This document shows positions 7,756 through 17,076 of a stretch of 29,004 nucleotides of DNA, in pieces. Source of the DNA: Pseudomonadota bacterium (GTDB lineage: Bacteria > Pseudomonadota > Alphaproteobacteria > Rhizobiales > Methyloligellaceae); NCBI GenBank assembly GCA_036155355.1, contig JAYZVT010000244.1, positions 1 through 29,004 of the forward strand. Direction: 5' to 3'. The notes under the pieces are model-generated. The model ran no database searches, was not told the origin of the DNA, and was given only the letters and a program-made list of their open reading frames with translations. Each line of letters opens with the position of its first letter. The stretch's first letter is position 1. The translations under genes and the position numbers were made by a program.

Positions 7756-9177
7756 TCAATCCTCCAGTATCCATGTATCCTTGGTGCCGCCGCCCTGGCT
7801 CGAATTGACCACGAGGGAGCCCGAGCGCATGGCCACGCGCGTCAGGCCGCCGGGCGTCAGGCGAACGGTGTCGCCGACCAGCACGAAGGGACGCAAATCC
7901 ACATGACGCGGCGCGATGCCCTTCTCAACAAGCGTCGGACAGGTGCTCAGCGCGAGCGTGGGCTGCGCGATGTAATTTTCCGGCGCGGCCTTGATGCGCG
8001 CGGCGAAAGCGCGACGCGCCTTCACGGTGGACGCGGGGCCGACCAGCATGCCGTAGCCGCCAGATCCGTGTACTTCCTTCACCACCAGTTCGCCCAAATG
8101 GTCCAGCACATATTTGCGGTCTCCCTCCAGCGCGCAGTTCCAGGTGGGCACATTCTTAAGAACCGGCTCCTGTCCGAGATAGAAGCGGATCATCTCCGGA
8201 ACGTACATGTAGACGGCCTTGTCGTCGGCGACTCCGGTGCCCGGCGCATTGACAATGGTGACGCGGCCGGCGCGATAGGCGTCCATCAGGCCCGGCACGC
8301 CCAGCATGGAGTCGGCGCGGAAGGTCAGGGGATCAAGGAATTCGTCGTCGATGCGCCGGTAGATCACATGGACCCGGCGCGGACCGCGGGTTGTGCGCAT
8401 GAACACGTCGCCGTCGGAGACATAGAGGTCCCGGCCCTCGACCAGATCGACGCCCATTTGGTCGGCGAGGAAGGAATGCTCGAAGTAGGCACTGTTGTAG
8501 ATGCCCGGCGTCAGCAGAACGATGGTTGGCTCACCTCCGGTGGAATCGGGCGCGACGCTTTCAAGCGTGTGCCGCAGCAGCGAGGGATATTGCTCCACCG
8601 GCGCTACGCGATATGTGGCGAACAGCTCGGGAAACATGCGCATCATCGTCTCGCGGTTCTCGAGCATGTAGGACACACCCGAGGGTGTGCGGGTATTGTC
8701 CTCCAGCACGTAGAATTCGGACTCCCCCACCCTTACGAGGTCAACGCCGATGATATGCGCATAGACCCTGCGCGCAGGCGCGAACCCGATCATATCGGGC
8801 AGATATGCCGAGTTGCGTACGCACAGCTCAGCCGGGATGCGTCCAGCACGAACGATCTCCTGGCGGTGGTAGATATCGAAGAGAAAGGCATTGAGGGCGC
8901 GCACGCGCTGTTCGAGGCCGCGGGAAATGAACCGCCATTCGGCGCCGGTGAGGATGCGCGGCACGATATCGAAGGGAATGAGGCGCTCGGCCGCCTGGGG
9001 ATCGCCATAAACCGCGAAGGTGATGCCGAGGCGTTTGAAGATGACCTCGGCTTCCTTGCGCTTTTCCGTCAGCTCACGGGCATCCTGCTTCGACAGCCAT
9101 TCCGATAGGGCACGATATGGACCACGGATGGAATCCCCGGGGCCGCCCATTTCATTGAAGAATGTCGCTTCCGTCAT
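7756..9177 (-). CDS. Circularly permuted type 2 ATP-grasp protein
   Basis: Start ATG 9177 with GGAGG RBS. GITFAVYG, ERLIPFDIVPR, EFYVLEDNTRTPSGVSYMLENR, YRRIDDEFLDP, GSLVVNSSQGGGTKDTW. Confidence 0.93.
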   Translation of the reverse strand: MTEATFFNEMGGPGDSIRGPYRALSEWLSKQDARELTEKRKEAEVIFKRLGITFAVYGDPQAAERLIPFDIVPRILTGAEWRFISRGLEQRVRALNAFLFDIYHRQEIVRAGRIPAELCVRNSAYLPDMIGFAPARRVYAHIIGVDLVRVGESEFYVLEDNTRTPSGVSYMLENRETMMRMFPELFATYRVAPVEQYPSLLRHTLESVAPDSTGGEPTIVLLTPGIYNSAYFEHSFLADQMGVDLVEGRDLYVSDGDVFMRTTRGPRRVHVIYRRIDDEFLDPLTFRADSMLGVPGLMDAYRAGRVTIVNAPGTGVADDKAVYMYVPEMIRFYLGQEPVLKNVPTWNCALEGDRKYVLDHLGELVVKEVHGSGGYGMLVGPASTVKARRAFAARIKAAPENYIAQPTLALSTCPTLVEKGIAPRHVDLRPFVLVGDTVRLTPGGLTRVAMRSGSLVVNSSQGGGTKDTWILED

Positions 9178-9216
9178 GCCCTCCCCACGGCTGCTCCCGT
9201 CCCCGGACTGGTCCCG

Positions 9217-9232
9217 CGCAAGAACAATGCCA
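9217..9232 (-). promoter_or_regulatory. Sigma54 (-24/-12) promoter for the ATP-grasp/Anbu operon
   Basis: Minus strand TGGCATTGTTCTTGCG has GG-N10-GC spacing, about 40 nt upstream of the ATG. Confidence 0.7.
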
Positions 9233-9304
9233 TGCCGCAAGACGCGGCAATCCCGCCCTCCAGCACTCTCTTCAGGCCGATTCACAGGCACGAGAAACGC
9301 TGTT

Positions 9305-9321
9305 TGCCCGTTTTTTGGGCA
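9305..9321. promoter_or_regulatory. NtrC-like enhancer palindrome
   Basis: TGCCC-GTTTTTT-GGGCA: 17 bp with an AT-rich centre, similar to the TGCAC-N7-GTGCA consensus, about 100 bp upstream of the inferred sigma54 start site. Confidence 0.55.
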
Positions 9322-9421
9322 CAGCGTCGAAATTGTTCAGGATTTCATTGAAGCACGCGCGCGAGGGAGTGGCCAATCCCCCTTAAGGGGCGGTTCCGAT
9401 CAGGCGGAAAGTGACGGGGAT

Positions 9422-10324
9422 TCAGGGCGCAGAGCGGTCCGACAGCGCGTAGGAAAGGATCTTGTACACCAACTTGGCTGCGACGAAGTCGCAGGCGTGC
9501 AGGCCCTTGACCGGCGCAAGCTCGACTACGTCGGCGGCAATGACAGTCCCCGCGGACGCCGCCGCGCGCAGCACGGCGCAGGCTTCGTCCCAGAAAAAGC
9601 CGCCGGGCTCCGGCGTGCCGGTGGCCGGCATCAGGCTGGCGTCGAAGCCGTCCACGTCGAAGGTGACGTAGATCTTCTTGCCCCTGAGCGGACGGACGAT
9701 CTCGGCCATGTTCCATTTGGCGCGCTCGCGCGCCCAGTGAATGGAGATGCGGTGCCTGTTGGCCTCATAGAATGGCACCTCGCCGGCGGAGATGTTGCGG
9801 ATGCCGACCGACACCAGCGTCACGCCCGCGTGGTCGAGCACGCGGCGCAGAGCTGCGGCATGGCTGAAGGGTTCGCCCTGGTAGCCGTCGCGCAGGTCAG
9901 CGTGGGCGTCGAGATGGAGCACCGCGAGGTCGGGATAGCGTTCCACCACCGGCCGGATGGCGCCAGGGGTCAGCCCGTGCTCGCCGCCGAGCACGAGCGG
10001 GAACTTGCCAGCCTCCATGACGGCGCCGACAAGCCCCGCCAGCTGGCCGAGCGCTCCCTTGACGGTCCTGCGAATCTTCGGTGTCTCCAGCGTGGCGATG
10101 CCAAAGTCGCGATAGGGCTCGCGCCAAAGCTCGTCGTCGAAGAATTCCAGCTCGGGGCTGGCGGCGATGATTGCCTCAGGACCTCTGGCAGTGCCGCCGC
10201 CGTAGCTGACGGTTGCTTCATAGGGGAAGGGAATGATGACAGCGCGCGCGTCCCTTGGTCGGCAGGCGCCAGAGTCCGCGCCGAGGAAGGCCCGTTTCGG
10301 CGGCCGCAGCTTCAGCGAGGACAT
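9422..10324 (-). CDS. speB: Agmatinase (ureohydrolase family)
   Basis: Start ATG 10324. PYEATVSYGGGTARGP, GGEHG, DAHAD and DVDGFD metal-binding motifs, TGTPEPGG. Substrate (agmatine versus another guanidino compound) not proven. Confidence 0.85.
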   Translation of the reverse strand: MSSLKLRPPKRAFLGADSGACRPRDARAVIIPFPYEATVSYGGGTARGPEAIIAASPELEFFDDELWREPYRDFGIATLETPKIRRTVKGALGQLAGLVGAVMEAGKFPLVLGGEHGLTPGAIRPVVERYPDLAVLHLDAHADLRDGYQGEPFSHAAALRRVLDHAGVTLVSVGIRNISAGEVPFYEANRHRISIHWARERAKWNMAEIVRPLRGKKIYVTFDVDGFDASLMPATGTPEPGGFFWDEACAVLRAAASAGTVIAADVVELAPVKGLHACDFVAAKLVYKILSYALSDRSAP

Positions 10325-10343
10325 GGAGCGCCGCCGTTGTGCC

Positions 10344-11555
10344 TCAGCGCCTGGCCCTGCGCATCGAACCGGCACGCGAGGCGCGCGTGCGCGCCGCGAC
10401 ACGGCTGGCGTCCGGATACATCGTCACCATGGGCTCGTCGGTCAGGATGGCCTCGATATGCTCGCCGAAACCGTTGAAGCGGTTGGCGAACACGCGTCCG
10501 TAGGCGCCGATCTGGTGAATCTCGATGTAGTCACCCTCGCGCACGCAGTCCGGCAGCATGAAAGGGCCAGGCATGGTGTCCATGGCGTCGCAGGTGGGCC
10601 CGTAGAGACCGAAGGGCGCGAGCGGTCCCACCCCGCCCGGCTCCGCACGTACCAGCCGCGCCGGGAATGTGAATCCGGAAACGGCCGCGTCGAACAGTGT
10701 GCCGAAGGCGCCATCGTTGATGTAGAGATAGTTGCCGCGGCGGGAGTCCACGCGCACCAGCACGGACTCTGCCTCCGCGACGAGAGCTCGGCCCGGCTCG
10801 CACATGAGCTGGCAACGGTCGCCGACCGTCAGCTTGTCGCGCTGGGCGGCGATCTCGGACATGAAGGCAGAGAGCTGCGGCGGCTCGGAGCTGACATAGC
10901 GGCTGGGAAATCCGCCACCCACGTCGATGACATCGACGATGACGCCGGCCTTGCGGATCAGCTCGTCGGTCTGCATCAGCGCGGTGGCGTAGCTTTCCGG
11001 CTTCACCGACTGGGAACCGACATGGAAGGTGATGCCGAGCGTCTGAGCGGCACGGCGGGCGCGCACCAGCAGCGCCGGGGCATCTGCCTCGGCGACGCCA
11101 AACTTGCCCTCCAGTGGGATGAGGCTGTGCTTGTTGGAGCAGGCCAGGCGCACATACAGCGCCAAATCGGGGGCGTTGCCCGTCACCTGCAGGATCTTGT
11201 CCAGCTCATCCTGGCTGTCGAGGGAGAAATGGCGGATGCCCAGATTGAAATAGGCGCGCCGGATGGTCTCGCGCGACTTGATCGGATTCATGAAATAGAG
11301 CGTGGCGCCGGGGACGGCGGCCATGCGCTCGGCTTCGGCGAGCGAAGCGACGTCGAAATGGCGGATGCCTTCCTCGACCAGCGCACCGGTCAGGACGGCC
11401 GAGTCATTCGCCTTGACAGCGTAGGCAACGATGCCGGGAAAACGGTCGAGGAACCAGCGGGCCGCGCGTCTGGCGGCGTGGGGTCGCATACACAGGACGG
11501 GACGTTCGGGACGGCGGACGCGGATCAGGTCGGCAGCAGACTCGAATGTCTCCAT
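10344..11555 (-). CDS. Fold-type III PLP decarboxylase, ornithine/lysine decarboxylase-like
   Basis: YAVKAND (PLP Lys), FDVAS, GKFG, FHVGSQ, DVGGGFP, CEPGR, YGPTCD. Start ATG 11555 with GGAGG upstream. Confidence 0.9.
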   Translation of the reverse strand: METFESAADLIRVRRPERPVLCMRPHAARRAARWFLDRFPGIVAYAVKANDSAVLTGALVEEGIRHFDVASLAEAERMAAVPGATLYFMNPIKSRETIRRAYFNLGIRHFSLDSQDELDKILQVTGNAPDLALYVRLACSNKHSLIPLEGKFGVAEADAPALLVRARRAAQTLGITFHVGSQSVKPESYATALMQTDELIRKAGVIVDVIDVGGGFPSRYVSSEPPQLSAFMSEIAAQRDKLTVGDRCQLMCEPGRALVAEAESVLVRVDSRRGNYLYINDGAFGTLFDAAVSGFTFPARLVRAEPGGVGPLAPFGLYGPTCDAMDTMPGPFMLPDCVREGDYIEIHQIGAYGRVFANRFNGFGEHIEAILTDEPMVTMYPDASRVAARTRASRAGSMRRARR

Positions 11556-11717
11556 CTCATGGGACCTCCAAGGCAAAAGGGACCGCTCGATACGGTCAAT
11601 GACCACCTATGTAAAGCGGAATTTTCGCCATGCAAGAAGGAATCATGCCCGGCAGGGTAAAAAGCCCCCGGTTGCTCCCCTGACCCTTGCGCCTATAGTT
11701 GCCCGCGGGAGGTGGCA

Positions 11718-12110
11718 ATGAGACTTGGGATGCTCCTGATCGCGGCCGCAGCGGCGGCAATTGCGCCCGATTTCGCCCGGGCCGCGGACGCCGCAAAGGG
11801 TCAGGCGATGGCCGAGGCCCATTGCACCCGCTGCCACGTGGTCGGCAAGTTCAATCCCAACGGTGGCATATCCTCCACCCCGTCCTTCCAGCTGTTGGTG
11901 GACCGGCGGCCCGACTACAAGGAGCGATTCTTGACCTTCTACACGAGGCGGCCACACCCGGCCTTCCTGACCGTCAAAGGGCTGGACAACCGCCCGATGC
12001 CGCATCTGCCGACCAATGCCGCGCCGGTCGAAATCACCACGCAGGACGTGGAGAACATTGCCCTGTTCGTGGAGAGCCTGAAGGGCACCAGCGGCCTGAA
12101 GCCGGACTAG
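11718..12110 (+). CDS. Exported monoheme class I cytochrome c
   Basis: GGAGG RBS; signal peptide; AKGQAMAEAHCTRCH; candidate distal Met in RPMP. Confidence 0.85.
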   Translation: MRLGMLLIAAAAAAIAPDFARAADAAKGQAMAEAHCTRCHVVGKFNPNGGISSTPSFQLLVDRRPDYKERFLTFYTRRPHPAFLTVKGLDNRPMPHLPTNAAPVEITTQDVENIALFVESLKGTSGLKPD

Positions 12111-13135
12111 ACCGCTCCACCACCTGCGGGAGGCACGGGGAAGCGCCCTTCCGCCGGCTCCTTGGGATCGAAATAGCCGGGCGTGGAGGGCTGGCCCGGC
12201 GTCACCAGGCTGTCCACCAGCTTCTCGTCGGCGGCCGACCAAGGATAGGCTTCGGCGCCAAGATAAGCCTTCCACTGCTCCATGGTGCGGGGGCCGGCGA
12301 TGACCGAGCTGATGGCGGCGTTGTTCAGCAGCCAGGCGACAGCGAAATGGACGAGGCTTCGGCGCTGCCCGGCCACATGGGCGGAGAGCTTCTCCACCAC
12401 CGCGAGCGATTCGTCGCGCCACTCGGTGGACATGAAGCGCGGGTCCTTGCGCGCCGCACGGCTGCCGGCAGGCGGCTTTGCTCCCTTCGCATATTTGCCC
12501 GTAAGCAGCCCGCGTGCGATCGGGCTGTAGGGCACCACGCCCATGCCGAAATGATGCGCGGCGGGGATGTGCTCAACTTCCGGCATGCGATTGAGCAGAT
12601 TGTAGTAGGGCTGCAGCGCGATCGGCTGCGGCACATTCAAGGCGCGGCACAGGCCCATATAATGGGCAATATGCCAGGCGCGGACATTCGACAGGGCCCA
12701 GTAGCGGATCTTTCCGGCCGCAATCATGTCACCGAAGGCGCGAACCGTCTCTTCCATCTCTGTGCGCGGGTCGTGCCTGTGAACGTAGTAGATGTCGATG
12801 ACGTCCGTGCCGAGCCGCTTGAGACTGGCCTCGAGGGCGTTCATCACATAGTGGCGCGAGAGGCCGCCGCCGTCGGGCATCATGTTCATGCCCAGGCCGA
12901 CCTTGCTCGCCAGAACCCACTGATCGCGGTTCTTCCTTATTGCCTTGCCGACGATCACTTCTGAATCGCCCTTGCAATAGACGTCAGCGGTGTCGATGAA
13001 ATTCACCCCATTGTCGAACGCGTGGGAAATGATGCGAGCTGAGTCCTTCTGGTTGGTCTGGCCGCCGAACATCATGGTCCCGAGACAGATCGGCGAGACC
13101 ATGACTCCCGTTCGGCCCAAAGTGCGCTTTTGCAT
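12107..13135 (-). CDS. Aldo/keto reductase
   Basis: LGTMMFGG, IDTADVY, ASKVG, SLKRLGTDVIDIYYVH, PYSPIARGLLTGKY. Confidence 0.93.
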   Translation of the reverse strand: MQKRTLGRTGVMVSPICLGTMMFGGQTNQKDSARIISHAFDNGVNFIDTADVYCKGDSEVIVGKAIRKNRDQWVLASKVGLGMNMMPDGGGLSRHYVMNALEASLKRLGTDVIDIYYVHRHDPRTEMEETVRAFGDMIAAGKIRYWALSNVRAWHIAHYMGLCRALNVPQPIALQPYYNLLNRMPEVEHIPAAHHFGMGVVPYSPIARGLLTGKYAKGAKPPAGSRAARKDPRFMSTEWRDESLAVVEKLSAHVAGQRRSLVHFAVAWLLNNAAISSVIAGPRTMEQWKAYLGAEAYPWSAADEKLVDSLVTPGQPSTPGYFDPKEPAEGRFPVPPAGGGAV

Positions 13136-13373
13136 CGGCTTTCCCCTGCTGTGACGGCTGCGGCGAGGCGCGGACGGCCCGCCTGAATGCGGTGGGTGCG
13201 TCCTGGCTCAGTTCAGGACTGAGGCAAACGCGGGCTCTTGTCTCATGGCGTGAGCGACTGGAATCCTATACCAGCCGGACTGTCCGCGACAGCATGCACA
13301 GGGCGCAGCAGTTGCCTGGGGTGATTGAAGGCCGCGTCGCGCGGTCGCATCGGGTTGCGGCGGGGCTGCATTA

Positions 13374-13397
13374 ATGAGACAAAAAATCTCGTAAAAT
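13374..13397 (+). promoter_or_regulatory. Imperfect palindrome next to a -10-like TAAAAT upstream of soeA; candidate operator/promoter
   Basis: ATGAGAC-AAAAA-ATCTCGT at 13374-13392; TAAAAT at 13392-13397; an inverted copy TTGTCTCAT at 13238-13246. Confidence 0.3.
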
Positions 13398-13451
13398 GGA
13401 ATTCTTTGGCGTAGCCCTTCGTGGTTGCGCCCGCCATGTGGCAGGTCGGAC

Positions 13452-16319
13452 ATGAAGCCGAAGGTCGAAATTTCCGCGCCGGTCGCCGACGAGATCAAGA
13501 CTTCGACCTGCTACATGTGCGCCTGCCGCTGCGGCATCAAGGTGTATCTGAAGGACGGCCAGGTCCGCTACATCGAAGGCAACCGCGACCATCCGGTGAA
13601 CCGGGGCGTGCTCTGCGGAAAGGGCTCGGCCGGCATTATGCAGCAATATTCCCCGGCGCGGCTGCGGGCGCCGCTGCTGCGCGTGGGCGAGCGGGGCAAG
13701 GGCGAGTTCAAGGAAATCTCCTGGGATGAGGCGCTCGGCCTTGCCACGCAGTGGCTTGGCGACGTGCGCGACTCCGATCCCAAGAAACTCGCCTTCTTCA
13801 CCGGGCGCGACCAGTCGCAGTCGTTGACCGGATGGTGGGCGATCCAGTTCGGGACGCCCAACTACGCCGCGCACGGCGGCTTCTGCTCGGTGAACATGGC
13901 CGCGGCGGGTCTCTACACCTTCGGCGGCTCCTTCTGGGAATTCGGCGAGCCTGACTGGGCGCATACGCGATACTTCATGCTGTTCGGCGTGGCTGAGGAC
14001 CACGCCTCCAATCCGATCAAGATGGGGATCGGCAAGCTCAAGGCTCGTGGCGCCAAGTTTGTTTCGATCAACCCGGTGCGGACAGGATATTCGGCCATTG
14101 CCGACGAATGGGTGGGAATCAAGCCGGGTACCGACGGGCTGTTCGTCGCCTCTCTGATCCGTGAAATGCTGAAAGCAGACAGGGTCGATGCTGAATACCT
14201 AGTGCGCTACACCAACGCGCCCTGGCTGGTGATTGACGACAAGGGCAGCGCCGATCACGGACTGTTCGCGCGCGACAGGAAGGGCAACCCGCTCGCCTTC
14301 GACAAGAAGACCGGGAAACTCACCAACGCCATGCTGCCCGACATCGCGCCGGCGATGATCGGTGACTTCAAGCTGAAGGACGGCCGCAAGGCCGTGCCGG
14401 CATTCCAGCTGCTGGCCAGGCGATTCCTGGACGTCCGTTACGCGCCCGAAAGAGTTGAAAAGGAAACCGGCGTCCCGGCGGACACCATCCGTCGGATCGC
14501 AGCGGAATTGGCCGAGGCGGCATTCGAGCAGGAGGTGGTCCTGGACGTTCCCTGGACCGACTGGGCGGGGCGCAAACATGACAAGATGATCGGCAGGCCG
14601 ATCTCCATGCATGCCATGCGCGGCATCTCGGCTCATTCCAACGGATTCCATACCTGCCGGCTGATCCATGTGTTGCAGATACTGCTTGGCAGCATCGATT
14701 GCCCGGGCGGCTTCCGCTACAAGCCGCCCTATCCCAAGCAGACGCCGCCTTGGCTCAAGCCTTCGGGCAAGCCGCGCGACGTCGCGCCTTCCGAGCCGCT
14801 GGGCGGCCCGCATCTGGGCTTCCCTCTCGGACCGGACGACCTGTTGGTGGACGAGAACGGCACGCCGGGACGCATCGACAAGGCGTTCAGCTGGGATGCG
14901 CCGCTCGCCGCGCACGGGCTGATGCACATGGTCATCACCAACGCCGGCAACCGGGACCCATACCCCATCGACGTGCTGTTCCTCTACATGGCCAACATGA
15001 GCTGGAACTCGACCATGAATGTGCCGGAGGTGCTCGGCCATCTGACGGCGCGGGACGAGAAGACCGGCGACTACAAGATTCCGAAGATCATCTATTCCGA
15101 CGCCTACTATTCCGAGATGGTCGCCTATGCCGACCTGATCCTGCCGGACACCACCTATCTGGAGCGGTGGGACTGCATCTCCCTGCTCGACCGGCCGGTA
15201 TCGGAAGCGGACGGGCCGGCGGACTCGATCCGCCAGCCCGTTATCAAACCCGACCGCGACGTGCGCGCCTTCCAGGAGGTGCTCATCGACCTTGGCGCGC
15301 GGTTGAAGCTGCCGGGATTCGTCACCGACAAGGGCAAGCCGAAATATCCCGGCGGCTATCCCGATTACATCGTCAACCATGAGCGCAAGCCGGGCATCGG
15401 TCCGCTGGCGGGCTGGCGGGGACAGAAGGGCGAAGCCTACGGAGTGGGCGCGCCATATACAAAGCAGCTTCAGCGCTACATTGAAAACGGCTGCTTCCAC
15501 TTCCACAAGCTGAAGCCGTCGATGCACTACTACAAGCACGCCAACCGGGAGTATCTCGACTGGGCACTGCAGATGGGTTATCGCGGCACGGCGACACCGA
15601 TCGTCTTCCAGCTCTACAGCGAGCCGATGCAGCATTTCCACCTGGCCGCCGAAGGACACGGTCCAGTCGTGCCGCCGAAGCATCATCGCCGGCGCATCGC
15701 CACGTTTTTCGATCCCCTTCCCTTCTGGTACGCACCCTTCGAGGGGTCGCTGCTCGACGACGGCGACTACCCCTTCGCCGCCGTAACGCAGCGGCCGATG
15801 GCCATGTATCACTCCTGGGGCTCGCAAAACGCCTGGCTGCGTCAGATCCACGGCGCCAACCGGCTGTATATCAACGCCGCGCGGGCGCGGGAGATGGACA
15901 TCGCCGACGACGACTGGGTGTGGATCATCGGCTACAAGGGCCGCGTGAAGGCGCAGGTGAAACTGCAGGAGGGGGTCAATCCGGACACGGTGTGGACCTG
16001 GAACGCCATCGGCAAGCGCTCCGGTGCATGGTCGCTCGACAAGGATGCGCCGGAGGCGACGCGCGGCTTCCTGCTCAATCACCTGATCTCCGAACTGCTG
16101 CCGGTGCGCCCCGGCGGATACCGCTATTCGAATTCCGACCCGGTGACGGGACAGGCGGCCTGGTACGATCTGCGCGTCCGCATCGAGAAGGCCGAGGCCG
16201 ACCCGGCCCGCACGGAGCCCTTCTACGAACCGATCGATACGCCGTGGAAGCGCGACCTGCCGGACACGTTGCGCTTCGGTGAGCAATTCCGTCGTGACCG
16301 GTGGAGACGCGGCTCATGA
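13452..16319 (+). CDS. soeA: Molybdopterin oxidoreductase catalytic subunit, SoeA-type sulfite dehydrogenase
   Basis: TCYMCACRCG...LCGKG Fe-S motif with no Tat signal; HGGFCSVNMAA; MHAMRGISAHSNGF; YHSWGSQNAWLRQ; followed by DmsB- and DmsC-like genes. Confidence 0.85.
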   Translation: MKPKVEISAPVADEIKTSTCYMCACRCGIKVYLKDGQVRYIEGNRDHPVNRGVLCGKGSAGIMQQYSPARLRAPLLRVGERGKGEFKEISWDEALGLATQWLGDVRDSDPKKLAFFTGRDQSQSLTGWWAIQFGTPNYAAHGGFCSVNMAAAGLYTFGGSFWEFGEPDWAHTRYFMLFGVAEDHASNPIKMGIGKLKARGAKFVSINPVRTGYSAIADEWVGIKPGTDGLFVASLIREMLKADRVDAEYLVRYTNAPWLVIDDKGSADHGLFARDRKGNPLAFDKKTGKLTNAMLPDIAPAMIGDFKLKDGRKAVPAFQLLARRFLDVRYAPERVEKETGVPADTIRRIAAELAEAAFEQEVVLDVPWTDWAGRKHDKMIGRPISMHAMRGISAHSNGFHTCRLIHVLQILLGSIDCPGGFRYKPPYPKQTPPWLKPSGKPRDVAPSEPLGGPHLGFPLGPDDLLVDENGTPGRIDKAFSWDAPLAAHGLMHMVITNAGNRDPYPIDVLFLYMANMSWNSTMNVPEVLGHLTARDEKTGDYKIPKIIYSDAYYSEMVAYADLILPDTTYLERWDCISLLDRPVSEADGPADSIRQPVIKPDRDVRAFQEVLIDLGARLKLPGFVTDKGKPKYPGGYPDYIVNHERKPGIGPLAGWRGQKGEAYGVGAPYTKQLQRYIENGCFHFHKLKPSMHYYKHANREYLDWALQMGYRGTATPIVFQLYSEPMQHFHLAAEGHGPVVPPKHHRRRIATFFDPLPFWYAPFEGSLLDDGDYPFAAVTQRPMAMYHSWGSQNAWLRQIHGANRLYINAARAREMDIADDDWVWIIGYKGRVKAQVKLQEGVNPDTVWTWNAIGKRSGAWSLDKDAPEATRGFLLNHLISELLPVRPGGYRYSNSDPVTGQAAWYDLRVRIEKAEADPARTEPFYEPIDTPWKRDLPDTLRFGEQFRRDRWRRGS

Positions 16320-17065
16320 CCACGCTGCCGCAAACGACGGCGAAGAAGCTCGGTCTGGTTATCGACCTGGATACCTGCGTCGGCTGCCAGGCCTGCGCGA
16401 CAAGCTGCAAGGAGTGGAACACCGGCGGATATTCCGCTCCCCTCACCGACCAGAACCCCTATGGCGCGGATCAGCATGGCGCCTGGCTCAACCGCATTCA
16501 CAGTTTCGAGGCCGGCGAAGGCGATGCCAGCCGCACTGTGCATTTCCCGCGCTCCTGCCTGCATTGCGAGGAGCCCGACTGCGTGACCGTCTGCCCCACA
16601 GGAGCCTCCTACAAGCGCGAGGAGGACGGTATCGTCCTCGTCAACCCGGACACCTGCATCGGCTGCAAGCTGTGTTCATGGGCCTGCCCCTATGGTGCGC
16701 GCGAATATGACTACGGTCACGGCGTGATGAAGAAATGCACGCTCTGCGTCGATCGCATCTACAACGACAACCTGCTGCCCGAGGACCGCGTTCCCGCCTG
16801 CGTGCGCGCCTGTCCGACGGGCGCGCGGCATTTCGGCGACCTTGGCGATCCGTCGAGCGAGGTTTCCCAGCTGGTGCGCCGGCGCGGCGGCTTCGACCTG
16901 CTGCCGGAGATGGGATACAAGCCGGTCAACAAGTACCTGCCGCCACGCGAGCGGCGCGATGGGCGCGCCGCGAATGCTGCATCCACTGCATTGCCGGAGT
17001 CGGGCGGCGGCGCCTCCAGGCTCGACAAGCTGTTCGGCTGGGCCGACCGGCTGCTGTCGCGCTGA
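16316..17065 (+). CDS. soeB: 4Fe-4S ferredoxin subunit (SoeB/DmsB-like)
   Basis: ATGA overlap with soeA. CVGCQAC, CLHCEEPDCVTVCP, CIGCKLCSWACP, KCTLC...CVRACP. Confidence 0.87.
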   Translation: MTTLPQTTAKKLGLVIDLDTCVGCQACATSCKEWNTGGYSAPLTDQNPYGADQHGAWLNRIHSFEAGEGDASRTVHFPRSCLHCEEPDCVTVCPTGASYKREEDGIVLVNPDTCIGCKLCSWACPYGAREYDYGHGVMKKCTLCVDRIYNDNLLPEDRVPACVRACPTGARHFGDLGDPSSEVSQLVRRRGGFDLLPEMGYKPVNKYLPPRERRDGRAANAASTALPESGGGASRLDKLFGWADRLLSR

Positions 17066-17076
17066 AGGGGGCGGCG

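Noticed and set aside
11525-11600. Regulatory leader of the decarboxylase: out-of-frame 11-aa ORF (11560-11525), 5-bp hairpin (11581-11597), possible alphaproteobacterial speF leader RNA
   Set aside because: The hairpin is weak and SD spacing fits the main ATG at least as well. A speF leader match needs an Rfam covariance-model search that I cannot run.
7708-11660. Long plus-strand ORFs 7708-9108, 9020-10477 and 10233-11660
   Set aside because: Antisense shadows of well-supported minus-strand genes, expected in high-GC coding DNA; no recognisable motifs.
12107-12110. Overlapping convergent stop codons (CTAG) of cytochrome c and AKR
   Set aside because: Common compact arrangement; no functional link implied.
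14199-16286. 695-aa minus-strand ORF inside soeA
   Set aside because: Antisense shadow of soeA; no domain signal.
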